Notes under the pieces: model-generated
Told to the model about the DNA's origin: nothing
Databases searched by the model: none
Seen by the model: only the letters and a program-made list of their open reading frames with translations
Made by a program: the position numbers and the translations under genes
Shown: positions 26,261-38,930 of the stretch, piece after piece
Layout of the letters: every line of letters begins with the position of its first letter
Numbering within the stretch: position 1 is the stretch's first letter
Assembly (NCBI RefSeq): GCF_004010195.1
Contig: NC_057720.1
Location: forward strand, 34,512,229 to 34,576,228
Reading direction: 5' to 3'
DNA: 64,000 nt
Origin: Chiloscyllium plagiosum
Taxonomy: Eukaryota

Positions 26261-26982
26261 TTGTTTCCTTCAGATCGTACCAGTTTCTTTAACTTTCAAA
26301 CTATTTACTTTTGTATCTTGTGTTAGAATTGTGAATCAGAGGTAATTAATGGTTGGTCTGAGGTATTTCATGTTACATTTTTACAATGGAATAGATGTTT
26401 TTTTTTGTGGTCTAGAAGAGACCGCAGCTGAGGCCCATGATTGTTTGATGTGCACTAATGTCAATATAGCAGCTTATGGATCATGGTGATAATTTAAAAT
26501 TGGAATCTTAGTGATTTATTATCATCAGACAGAATTAGGGAAGGGTGAAAGGACAACTTTGTCTCACTGAACATGACACTTTAAAGCAATCAAAGAGCTC
26601 TTATGGTCTAGTCTGTCAGGGAGGCTGAGAGATTTCACATTGATATATGAGGCTTGTAAAAGAGTAAGTGGGTGCCAGTTTGCAAGTGAGTCTAGCTTAT
26701 AATAGTTATGTGTACATTGGTTTAAGAGCAATAGGAAATAGATTAAATGAGTTGTACATTCATGTTTCTGTGTAAAATAAACCAGTTGGTTGGTTTTTAT
26801 TTGCTCTTGTCTCTCTAGAGTGCTTTCAGTCTGCTGTCTGATAAAAACAGTTGCAATATGCAAAATGTTGCAATATGTGTGAGATTACAATCTCCAGAAT
26901 AAGCATGAGGGATCTATTCCAATAATCTCTGCTGTGCACCCAGTTGGGCAGTAAAGGTACATGACAGATCATGGGAAATATT

Positions 26983-27195
26983 AGGAGAAAGTGAGGACTG
27001 CAGATGCTGGAGATCAGAGCTGAAAATGTGTTGCTGGAAAAGCGCAGCAGGTCAGGCAGCTTCCAAGGAGCAGGAGAATCAACATTTTGGGCATGAGTCC
27101 TTCTTCAGGAAGAAGGGCTCATGCCCAAAACATCGATTCTCCTACTCCTTGGATGCTGCCTGACCTGCTGCGCTTTTCCAGCGACACATTTTCAG
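26983..27195. mobile_element. Palindromic PLE terminal-repeat insert
   Basis: Inverted arms centred near 27108; TSD CATGGGAAATATT(AGG). Confidence 0.9.
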
Positions 27196-29260
27196 CATGG
27201 GAAATATTAGGTCTGATATGGAAGTGGCCACTAATGTTGAAGCTGAAACATCAACTGCAGACCTGTGATATTTAGAATAGTTGCCTCTGCAGGCAATCCG
27301 TGTATGCTTTGATGCGTCTAGCATGGCCTATCGATATGTTACATAGTGTACACAAGAGATGGGAAGCCTGTGCAAAGTAAACACTTTTTCTAAATCAGCT
27401 TCAAAAGCAAATCTTGCAGTTTCAGCAAGACGAGCAACAGCATCTACCCACGCACAATAATTCAAGAAAATGTGCACATCAAATGAATAATGCAGGAAAA
27501 TGCAAAATCCTCAGGAGAACGGGTGTTGAGTCAGGCTGTGGCAGTCACTGAATGCAGGGTACACCATCTACAGGCTGACACTGCAGCATAATGGTTTCTA
27601 TTCACAGAATTCTGCAGCTGTCTAATGCAGCTCCTTGTTGGAATTCCAAGCAAGGGTCCTCATTTCATGGTTTAAAATGGCTACAGTTTGAAGCCTTGCT
27701 TTATTAATTCTCTATGAATATATTCAATTTAAGAAATTATTCCTGCAATTCAGACTTTCCTACTAATTAATTTACTTTTGAGTATTGCTCCAAAAGACTA
27801 CTCGTTAATATTTAATGTAAAACTCCAAATAATCCTTTTGATGCATAAGAAGTGGATTTTTGAGTATATTACGGCACTAATCCAATTTCAGGTTTTAAAT
27901 GATATGCGCTACTTGAGCTTTCCCTTGCAGCTTACACATTCGTTGGATTGCCATCTTGTGATTCGCAAGCCCTTAATCAGCCTACTACATGTACAAAGCT
28001 GCTAGCTACACTTTTCTGTATTTTGCCAAGACAGAAAGCTGCACTTTGCATATCTAGAAAGGAAGACAGCCACATATGAGCAAGAGGAGACCATACAGCC
28101 CCTAGAACTTAATCTGCCATCTAGGTCACGTTTGGTCACCTGCCTCAATGCTGGGTTTTTGTGAAACCTACATAGCTCGCCCTGATATTGTTTGGATTGT
28201 TGCTGAATGTTGGTGATGGCCTTCCATTGTATCTGTATAATGATTATTATCCTGAGAGTTAGTTGATGCACTACTGTTATCATTATCCATTTTATGATAA
28301 ACTTTCTTATTCATTCTTGCTGCACCAAGTGGAATAGATATTTTTCTGTTCCTCTGAGAACCATTTCTGGCAAAACAGTGGTGAGAGAATTGACCCAATT
28401 ATTCACACAGCATGGTCTGCCCACCAAGATCCAGTTGGATCAGGGTGTAAGTTTCATGTCCAAAGTGTTCCAGGGAGTCATGGGTAATCTGACTGTGACA
28501 TGGTGTAAGCCTTCAGGATAACATCCACAATCACAAGGGGATCTAAAATAGTACCACCATGTCATAAATTAACTATCATGAAATATTGCATGTGTACCCC
28601 CGTGACTTGGACATGCCACGAGGGACTCACTCAAAAAGTTCACCAATTTTATTCCATTTGTATTAGTATACAGGTGGCTTGTGCAAGAGCCTCTGAAACT
28701 AATCAAGAAGGTGCTTGCGGAACAGAAGGGAGGATGTTTCCACGTTCTTGATTAGGTAGCAGAGTTCTGAGAGTGAATCTCACAAGGCTGAGAAGTGCCT
28801 GAGAACACTTAAAAATCTCCCAGACAGGGATGGGAAAACAGGCAGACAAACACACTAGGGCCTGAAACTTTCAGCCAGGCTTCTATTCTCAGACATGTTC
28901 TGATGAAGGGTTGACTTCTCCACCTCCTGGCTTGCTGTGTTCTTCCAGCCCCCTGTTTATCTACTTAGGATACTGCCTGCTATTGTTCTTAACGATATCA
29001 AATGAACCCTTGAAAGCTCAGTTTAGTGGTTCAGAGTAACCAAGAAGCTTGTGGAAGTGAATTAGTTGATTGAGAACCAAGATCGAACAAAAAGACTGGA
29101 CTGAGTCATATTGACATCATTATGTAATATCACCACCAAGAAGGGAACAAGCAAGTGATGTTTGTCACTAACCGAGGGATTGAGGTAGCAGGATGAGTTG
29201 GAAAGTGATGAGAGTGAAGTTGACATTGAACCTCTTACTACCTGACTAATCAATGCAGAA

Positions 29261-29364
29261 CTGAAAATGTGTTGCTGGAACAGCGCATCCAAGGAACAGG
29301 AGAATCGACGTTTCGGGCATAAGCCCTTCTTCAGGAATGAGGAAAGTTTGTCCAGCAGGCTAAG
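29261..29364 (-). mobile_element. Short PLE terminal-repeat insert
   Basis: TSD ATGCAGAA; contains an intact hammerhead core. Confidence 0.85.
29303..29338 (-). ncRNA. Minimal type-I hammerhead ribozyme motif (PLE-associated)
   Basis: Reverse complement ATTC-CTGAAGA-A-GGGC-TTAT-GCCC-GAAA-CGTC-GATT: CUGANGA box, 4-bp stem II, GAAA, GUC site, short stem I with one U-U mismatch. Confidence 0.7.
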
Positions 29365-29721
29365 ATGCAGAAAACCAGCAAATCATGACTCTATATTCAA
29401 ACACCTAGGGTACAGAACACTAACTAGACTTAGTGAGACTGTTCTCTGCATTTAAGGGTTCATGCAGAGACAAATTGAGCTACACCATCCGAGCATTACA
29501 TGCTATGGGACAGAGTCCACCCATATATATCTATAATATGCAAATATGTCCAAAATCTACACAGAGAGAACAGTCTATACTGACTAAGCTTCAAGAGAAT
29601 ATTCCAGAATGCCAAATTATTGCATTAAATTTGTTTCTTTAAACATATCACTTAACAATTCCCATATTGCCAGATAATTAAATATGACTGTAGATTTCCT
29701 AATCAGAACTTTAAAAAATGT

Positions 29722-29815
29722 TTGTGTGTGTGCGCGCGCATGCATGCGTATGCGTGGTGAGGTAGAGAGAGAGACACACACACAGATACAGAGACAGAGA
29801 CAGAGACAGAAACAC
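29722..29815. repeat. Compound microsatellite (TG/CG/CATG, GA, CA, GAGACA)
   Basis: Read directly from the sequence. Confidence 0.85.
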
Positions 29816-31055
29816 ATCATAACTCTGTAGAACTTATCAGCATATTGAACTTTTAATTCCAATGTGTGTTTTTAAAATGAGGATTGCAGCAGCCAAGAGA
29901 TAACTGCAGATGTAAATTCAGTGACTGTCTGACAGAACCCTGTGTGGACCTATGGAATATCACACCTGTAATGGAGTCAGGGAACTTGCAAACAATAAGA
30001 CGAAAAATGAAGAGATAATGAGAGGCTGACTACTTCTGTCAGTATGATGCCATCTCTTGCAAACATATTTACATTTTGCCGTTCCAGGAATAAGCAAAAG
30101 ACTGGGTTAAAACTGACTGCATCTAGTAGTCTGCGTGTGTTAGTGGCCTGATGTGCTAACTTAGGGCCTAGTATGCTGATATTACACAAGGTCACAGCTT
30201 GATATTAGCTATTAAGCACTCAGGCTAGGCTAAAACAAAAGACTCTCCTCACCCTGAGTTCTGTCAATCACTAACCATCAAAAGCTACAAAGGCAAATGA
30301 ATGTTGCTCATTCTGCAAAGTTAAGAATCACAAAGTTGACAGCTCGACCAAAACATTAACGCTACCAGCACCTTCAATGTAACAGGCACATTATCCTACT
30401 ATCTATCCTTCATGAATGACACAGAGTCTGATTTTTTGAACTTGTATCTTTTTTTGGATTCACTTCTTATTCCTAAACTGTGTTTATATGTGTGCACTAT
30501 AACTACTTCATTCAGTTAATACCCAATTAACTCACTCTTTTTCATTAATTTAATGTAGTCAGATTAAATTGGTTCATTTTGAAACATAAATTCATTTAGT
30601 TTGGGAGAAAAGTACCCAAAGGGAAGAGACCTTTTTTAAATTGACTTTGTTGTGACCAATAAAGATGGCAGCTGGGTCAAGAGTTACCTGTCCAAGGGAA
30701 ACATTCAATTTTTATCTACAGGTCAAGTCCTGTAAGAAGTGTTTAAGTCTTAATAAGATCATTTCTGTTTTTGGAACTCTAGGAAGTACAAATCCAGTTC
30801 CCTCAATCTACTTCCTTTCTGAACGATCTATATTCCATTTGGTTTTCAATTGTATTTTCCACCATATGCTTGTCGTAAGAATACTTTTCCCTCTTTATTT
30901 TAATTTCTATCTCCATTTCCATTTATGGAGCTCGAGATTGGTTTGCCTTTTATTTCCTTTTTAAGGGAATCTTCCCCTTTGAAGGTAGCCTATTACTCAG
31001 CTACAGCGTTTTGCAACAGCTTTTTGTTCTAGTTCATTTGGCCTAGCCTTTTTGG

Positions 31056-31525
31056 AGTCATACAGATATACAGCATTGCAACAGATCCCTCGGTCCAACT
31101 CATCCATGCTGACCAGATAGCCTATATAAATCTAATCCCGTTTGCCAGCATTTGGCACATATCTCTCTAAATACTTCCTATTCATATACCCATTCAGATG
31201 CCTTTTAAATGTTGTAATTGTACCAGCCTCCACCACTTCCTCTGACAGCTTATCCCATCCACACACCACCCTCTGCATGAAAAAGTTGCCCCTTAGGTCC
31301 CTTTTAAATCTTTCCCCTCTCACCTTAAACCTATGCCCTCTAGTTTTGGACAGCCCCACCCTGTAGAATCGACCTTGCCTACTTACCCTATCCATGCCTC
31401 TCATGATTTTATAAATCTCTATAAGGTCACCTTTCAGCCTCGAATGCTCCAGGGCAAATACCTCCAGCCTATTCAACCTCTCCCTATAGCTCAAATCCTC
31501 CAACTCTGGCAACATCCTTGTAAAT
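31056..31525 (-). mobile_element. CR1 3' end
   Basis: LSYRERLNRL..RLKGDLIEIYKIMRG..RGHRFKV. Confidence 0.92.
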
Positions 31526-33445
31526 CAAGTGACCTTGTAATCTGGTGTGGAGTCTTCTCCCCATCAGCAACTCTGCTGGAGCTATCTCTGTTGTTGCATG
31601 AGGGGTGGTCCTATGATCAAACAGGAACCAGGACAGTTTGGTATTGAGTGACACTGTAGGCTGTTTCTTTAAGTTTTCTTTTGACGTTTGGATTACTATT
31701 CCCATGTGACAAATGCCGTTCAACTTTCAGGCATACTGAAACTCCCTGCTGGTAAATGACATCCCATTGCTTGTGAACAATACTTTTGGCTGTCCGAGTA
31801 TCGTAAACGGTAGTCAACTTCTGAATTGTAATCCCTGAGTTTGCCTAATGGATTTTATGCACATCCAAGCAGTTTGAATGGGCATTCACAATGACCAGGA
31901 ACATCAAATCCTTGAAAGGACCAGCAAAGTCGACTAGTGACCGAGCCCAGTGTTTACCCATCTATTCCCATGAATGTAGGGGTGCTGCCAGGGGCAGTGT
32001 TTGTCCTTGTTGGCACTCTGGGCCACCGACAAAGCTATTTTGGCATTCAACCCTGGGCACCAGACACAGCTTCTTGCCAGCATCTTCATCTCGGAAACCC
32101 TGAATGGCCCTGGTGGAGTTCAGCTAGTATGTGGTGGTGACCTATACCTGGAACAATCACTCTTGGTCCGCACAGTAATAAGCCGTCCTCTGCAGTGATC
32201 TGGTCTCGATTGGTCCAGAAAAGTTTCAAACTGTGTTGTGATGGCCCTTCTATTTCCCCCATTACCGCCAGCTGTTTAGTTTTGCTAGGACAGGATCTTT
32301 TTACATCCACAGTCGGATATTGTCAGCAGTAACCAGAAGGGTGTCCAATAAGTTTAAAACAGAATAGACTCCTCCAGGGGAGGCACTACTGGTGAAGTAT
32401 CTGCCAGTGAGAAGTGGCTTAAGGCATCTGCATTCGCCTCTTGGCTTCCTGGACGGTGTTCTAACTTGTACTTGCATACGCTGAGAATAAGGACCCAGCG
32501 CTGAATTCTACCAGAAGCTGTGGGTGGCACTGCCTTGTCTTCCTTCAGTAGTCCTGGCAGGGGTTTGTGATCTGTTACTATGACAAATTCCCACCTGTAA
32601 AGGTAATGGTGGAACTTTCCCACACCAAAATGACTGTACAACCTTCTTTCTCTATCTGGGTATATTTGCATTTGGCATCAGTCAAAGTCCAGAAAGCAAA
32701 CACTATTGGGCTCTTCTCTCTGTGAGCCCACACTACCCCGCTTCTGTTTGGGGAGGCATTGTATATCAACACCACCTCTCGGTTCACATCATAGTGGGCC
32801 AATACCTTAGATGATAATAGCTGCTTTTTCACTTCCCTACAGGCTACTTCTTGGATATGCCACTGTTTCCAAGACTGTCCCTTTTTCAATAGCAGGTGCA
32901 AGGATGCCAAAATGGAGGCCAGGTTACATAAGGCTTTTCTATTATAATTCACTAACCCAAGGAAAGACCTAAGCTCTGATCGAGACATGAAAGCAGGGGC
33001 ACCTTTAATTTCCCCTCACTTAATCTTCCAATAGGTGTAACCTTGTCTTATCAACTCTATAATTCAAGTGGTCACTTGGGGAACCTGGAGCACACATTTT
33101 TCCTTTCTAAGGCATATGCTTGCTAGGGAGAAATGCTTAACCACTATGTCCAAGACCCCCAAGTGCTTTTTATTGATCTTCCCTAATATTGGCAGGTCAT
33201 CCAGATAAATGGCAAGCTGGGGTCACCCTTGTAAAATGTTCTCCATCCTCTGCTGGAAAAGGATGCAGGTTGATGATATTCCAAATGGCAGTCTCTTCTA
33301 CTGGTACAGAGTTTTTTGGGTATTAATTGTGGAATATGTCTGTGACTCCTCATCTAGTTACAAGCAACATTCCCCAGGACCTTACCATTAAGTGTATACA
33401 TCCTGATCTGATTTGCTTTTTCCAAAATGCAGCACCTTGCATTTA

Positions 33446-36400
33446 ATAGAATATAGAACATAGAAAAGTACAGCACAGAACAGACCCTTTGGCCCATGAT
33501 GTTGTGCTGAGATTTAATCCTACTGTAAAATATAATAACTTAACCTACGCACCACTCAACTCACTGCTATCCATGTGCATGTCCAGCAGTCGCTTAAATG
33601 TCCCCACCACCACAGCTGGCAACGCATTCCATGCATTCACAACTCTCTGCATAAAGAACCTATCTCTGATGTCTCCTTTATACCTTCCTCCTAATATCTT
33701 CAAACTATGACTTCTTGTGCCAGTCAATTCTGCCCCGGGGAAAAGTCTCTGGCTATTGACTCTATCTATTCCTCTCATTATTTTGTACACCTCGATCAGG
33801 TCTCCTCGCTTCCTCCTTCACTCCAGAGAGAAAAGTCCGAGCCTATTCAACCTTTCTTCATAAGGCAAGCCCTCCAGTCAGCATCCTGGTAAACCTTCTT
33901 TGCACCTGGTCGACCTTCTTTCCTATAATAGGGTGACCAGAACTGGACACATTACTCCAAGTGTGGTCTCACCAGGGACTTGTAAAGCTGCAGCAAAACA
34001 TTGTGGCTCTAAAGCTCGATCCCCCATTAATGAAAGCCAAAACACCATATGCTTTCTTAACAACCCTATCCACTTGGGTGGCAACTTTGAGGGATCTATG
34101 TACTTGCACACCCAGATCCCTCTGTTCCTCCACACTGCCAACAATCCTATATTCAGCATTCGAGTTCGACCTTCCAAAGTGCATCACTTCGCATTTATCC
34201 AGGTTGAACTCCATCTGCCATTTCTCAGCCCAGCTCTACATCCTGTCTATATCACGCTGCAGCCTGCAGAAGCCCTCTATACTATTGACGACACCTCCAA
34301 CCTTTGTGTCATCTGCAAATTTACTAACCCACCCCTCAACCTCCTCATCCAAGTCATTTATAAAAACTACAAAGAGCAGAGACCCAAGAACAGAGCCCTG
34401 TGGGACCCCTCTCAACACTGACCTCCAGGCAGAATACTTTCCATCTACACCCACTCTCTGCCTTCTGTCAGCCAGCCAGTTCTGAATCCAGATAGCCAAA
34501 TCTCCCTGTATCCCATACTTCCTGACTTTATGAATGAGCCTACCATGGGGAACTCTATCAAATGCCTTGCTGAGGTCCATATACACCACATCCACTGCTT
34601 GACCGTCATCGGCCTGTCTTGACATCTCCTCAAAGAACTCAATAAGATTTGTGAGACATGACCTGCCCCTTACAAAGCCATGCTGACTGCCTTTAATCAC
34701 ACTATGAGGAGAAAGTGAGGTCTGCAGATGCTGGAGATCAGAGATGGAAATGTGTTGCTGGAAAAGCGCAGCAGGTCAGGCAGCATCTAGGGAACAGGAG
34801 AATCGACGTTTCGGGCATTAGCCNNNNNNNNNNNNNNNNNNNNNNNNNNNNNNNNNNNNNNNNNNNNNNNNNNNNNNNNNNNNNNNNNNNNNNNNNNNNN
34901 NNNNNNNNNNNNNNNNNNNNNNNNNNNNNNNNNNNNNNNNNNNNNNNNNNNNNNNNNNNNNNNNNNNNNNNNNNNNNNNNNNNNNNNNNNNNNNNNNNNN
35001 NNNNNNNNNNNNNNNNNNNNNNNNNNNNNNNNNNNNNNNNNNNNNNNNNNNNNNNNNNNNNNNNNNNNNNNNNNNNNNNNNNNNNNNNNNNNNNNNNNNN
35101 NNNNNNNNNNNNNNNNNNNNNNNNNNNNNNNNNNNNNNNNNNNNNNNNNNNNNNNNNNNNNNNNNNNNNNNNNNNNNNNNNNNNNNNNNNNNNNNNNNNN
35201 NNNNNNNNNNNNNNNNNNNNNNNNNNNNNNNNNNNNNNNNNNNNNNNNNNNNNNNNNNNNNNNNNNNNNNNNNNNNNNNNNNNNNNNNNNNNNNNNNNNN
35301 NNNNNNNNNNNNNNNNNNNNNNNNNNNNNNNNNNNNNNNNNNNNNNNNNNNNNNNNNNNNNNNNNNNNNNNNNNNNNNNNNNNNNNNNNNNNNNNNNNNN
35401 NNNNNNNNNNNNNNNTCTTGATCTGGTCAAGACTGTATCCCAGCTCCTCTATGTTTTCATTTACAACAAGTTCCCTTTCCTTGGTGAAAACCAAAGCAAA
35501 AAAACTCATTTAGGGCTTCCCCTATCTTATCAGACCCCACGCAGAAGTTCCCTCCGCTATCCCTGATCGGCCCTACCTTCTCCCTGATCATTCTCTTACT
35601 CCTCACTTATGAGTAAAATGCCTTTGGGTTCTCCCTAATCCTTTTTGCCAAGCCTTTTTCGTGCCCCCTCCTGGCTCTCCTCAGTCCATTTCTGAGCTCC
35701 TTTCTAGCAAGCCTGTAATCCTCTAAAGCTGTGCTAGATATTTACTTCCTCCACCTTACGTAAGCTGCCTTCTTCCTTTTGACGAGAAGTTCCTCTGTTC
35801 TCGTCATCCAAGGTTCCTTAATCTTACCCCTTCTTACCTGTCTCAGAAGAACAAATTTGTGCATCACTTGCAACAACTGCTCCTTAAATAGTTTCCACAT
35901 GTCTACTGTTCTCTTTCTGTGGAACAATTGCTCCTAGTCTGTACTTCCCAACTCCTGCTTGATAGCGTCATAATTTCCCTTTCCCCAATTAAATATCTTC
36001 TCTTGGTAGCTGCTCCTTTCACTCTCCAAGGCTATGCTAGATGTGAGGCAGTTGTGATCACTTTCAGCAAAGTGCTCTCCCACCACGAGATCTGACACCT
36101 GCCTTGGCTTGTTGCAGAGTACCAAATCTAAAATGGCCTCTCCCCTCGTCGGTCTGTCTACATACTGAGTAAGGAAACCCTCCTGAACACACCTGACAAA
36201 ATCGGCTCCATCCAAACCATCTGCACTTAGGAGGTTCCAGTTGATATTGGGAAAGTTGAAATCACCCATAACAACAACCCTGCTACTTTTACATTTTTCT
36301 AGAATCTGACCGCCTGTGAGATCTTCAATCTCTCTACTGCTATTAGGTGATCTGTAGAAAACCACCAATGCGGTGGCTATTCCCTTGCTGTTTCTAACTT

Positions 36401-36652
36401 CCACCTATACTGACTCAGTAGCTAAACCTTCCTCAACCAGGGAGGTTCTGTGTTGTATTGTTCTATGTTCTATGTTCTAAACACATTCATTTCTGTAGCT
36501 GTGATGCATTCTCTGATTAGCAATGCTACACCCCCTCCTCTTTTTCCACCCTTCCTGTTCTTTCTAAACGTTCTAAAACATCAAGCAACCGTTCCTGCCC
36601 CTGTGAAACCCACGTCTCCATTATGGCCACAACATCGTAGCCCCAAGTACTG
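33446..36652 (-). mobile_element. Long CR1 ORF2 (APE and RT) with (TTCTATG)n tail
   Basis: YRSPNS..VMGDFN..ESDHN; QHGFVRGRSCLTNL, GVPQGSVLG, FADDTK; PLE insert and N gap inside. Confidence 0.93.
34707..34823 (-). mobile_element. PLE terminal repeat running into an assembly gap
   Basis: gaggagaaagtgagg...gacgtttcgggcattagcc followed by Ns. Confidence 0.85.
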
Positions 36653-38467
36653 ATTTTTCTAAATTAAACGCCATCTGCCACTCCTGAGCCCATTGGCCCA
36701 TCTGATCAAGATCCCGTTGTAATCTGAGGTAACCTTCTTCATTGTCTACTACACTCCAATTTTGGTGTAATCTGCAAACTTACTAACTATACCTCTTACA
36801 TTCACATACAAATCATTTATATAAATGATGAAAAGAGACCTTGGAGTGCAGGTTCATAGCCCCTTGAAAATAGAGTTGCAGGTAGATACGATAGTGAAGC
36901 AGGTATGCTTTCTTTTATTGGTCAGAGCATTGAGTATAGGAGTTGGATGAGTGTGTTGTGGCTGTATAGGATGTTGGTTAGGCCACTTGTGGAATATTGC
37001 ATGCAATTCTGGTCTCCTTCATATCGGAAGTATGTTATGAAACTTGAAAGGTTACAGAAAAGATTTACCCCAAGAATGTTGCTAGGGTTGAAGCATTTGA
37101 GCTATAGGGAGAGGTTGAATAAGCTAGGGCTGTTTTCCCTGGAGCGTCAGAGGCTGAGGGATCACATTATAGAGGTTTACAAAATCATGAAGGGCATGGA
37201 TAGGCAAAGTCTTTTCCCTGGGGCTGGGGAGTCCAAAACTAGAGGGTATAGGTTTAGGATGAGAGAGGAAAGATATAAAAGAGAGCTAAGAGGCAGCTTT
37301 TTCACTCAGAAGATGGTACGTGTATGGAATGAGCTGCGAGAGGAAGTGGTGGAAGTGAGTACAATTGCAATATTTAAAAGGTATCTGGATGGGTATATGA
37401 ATAGGAAGGGTTTGGAGGGATATGGGCCGGGTGCTGGCAGGTGGGACTAGATTGGGTTGGGAATATGTGGTCAGCATGGACGAATTGGACTGAAGGGTCT
37501 GTTTCTGTGCTGTACATCTCTATGACTCCATGACTCTAAATGGGGCTAGGTTAGGTTGGGATATCTGGTCGGCATAGACGAGTTGGACCAATGGGTGCTG
37601 TACATCTCTAGGACTCTAATTGTAGGTAGGTGTGGCTCATGTCCATCTTCGTGAAGGACAGCCCCCTCTCACCAACTTTGCATGCAAGTCCTCTATACAA
37701 GGGATTGCATATTTATCCAGCTGTGAGAAACAGTTTACCATTGGCTTAAAATCCCCACAAAGGTGAACTGAGCCTTTAGGCTTCACAATCGGTATGATCA
37801 CTCCTGCCCATTTCGCAAATTCCAAAAATCACGGAATTGCCTTTTGGTCTACATGTAAATTGGCTTTGGCCCCTTTGATAATCCATAGCTCTTACAGAAA
37901 AACTTCTGTGTATTTCACTAGGAATTCACTACGACAGCCATTTCCTTGTTGAAAATTGTTGAGCCATTCAAAGTGAATCTTTCTCAACCAATTCTGCCCC
38001 TATAAGTTTGAGCCCGAACCTCTTAGTACCATCAGTAGTAACTGCATCTGTTGCATCTCTTAGGAGACTGGAACTGAAGACATACCTTCAACTTGCAATG
38101 GATCCCCTGTGTACGTTTTCAGTCTGGCTGTGGTCTTGCACAAACTTAAGGGGTGGAGTCCCAAAAGAATCTTGCTAAAGACAGTTCTGCAATCACAGAT
38201 ACCTCTGTTCCAGTATCTATAAGAACTTAAGGACCATGGAACTAAATACTAATTTTAATTAGTTCTGATTTGGATGTTGCTAAGCAATTTAATTGTTCCA
38301 ACTCACATATAAGGGGACTTTTGAGGATGTAACACTCTCTTGGGCACCAGCCTACAAGTTTTCTTACTCAGGTCAGGTCTTGTAGCATTCCTATGCTATC
38401 TCGCGTCTGCATATCAGCAGCAACTACAATGGCTTGTTGGTCCAGATCCTGAAGAACATTGTAGCCA

Positions 38468-38930
38468 GAAGATTCATTTTTAGACATTTCGTCACCGTAC
38501 TAGGTAACATCTTCAGTGAGCCTCTAAACAAAGCACTGCTGGCGTTTCCTGCTTTCTATTTATATGTTTGGTTTCATTGGGTTGGTGATGGAATTTCTTA
38601 TGATGATGTCATTTCCTGTTCTTTTCTCGGGGGTGGTAAATAGGATCCAAGTCAATGTGTTCATTGCATTTTCTTGGATCCTATTTACCACACCCTGAGA
38701 AAAAGGATACGAAATGACATTACCACAGGAAATAACATCACCACAGGAAATTATGTCTCCAACTCAAGGAAACCCAAACATATAAATAGAAAGCAGGAAA
38801 CACCAACAGTGCTTTGTCAGGAAGGCTCACTGAAGATGTTACGAAATGTCTGAAAATGAACCTTGCAGCTCAGCGAGCAAACCTACATCCAGATCCTCAA
38901 ACTGAGCTGCAAATCTTCTCAAAACTCACT
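38468..38930. mobile_element. Inverted pair of PLE terminal repeats (different family) with hammerhead motifs
   Basis: Arms about 38473-38651 and 38673-38862; minus-strand CTCA-CTGAAGA-T-GTTACC-TAGTAC-GGTGAC-GAAA-TGTC at 38479-38520. Confidence 0.8.

Larger units (their letters stand above)
28270..29525 (+). mobile_element. Gypsy (Gmr1-like) integrase relic
   Basis: VPLRTISGKTV..LFTQHGLPTKIQLDQGVSFMSKVF..HPQSQG integrase core; FQPG and EPLKAQFSG C-terminal motifs; interrupted by PLE remnants. Confidence 0.75.
33363..37540 (+). mobile_element. CR1 with inverted 5' segment (33363-33445 and 36655-36835 minus; 36836-37540 plus)
   Basis: Plus part: LVRPLVEYCMQFWSP..WNELREEV. The inverted part is the immediately upstream RT segment. 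Confidence 0.75.

Noticed and set aside
26418..26433. Acceptor followed by RRDRS
   Set aside because: Immediate in-frame stop.
29724..29756. Alternating purine-pyrimidine tract (potential Z-DNA)
   Set aside because: Ordinary microsatellite with no evidence of function.
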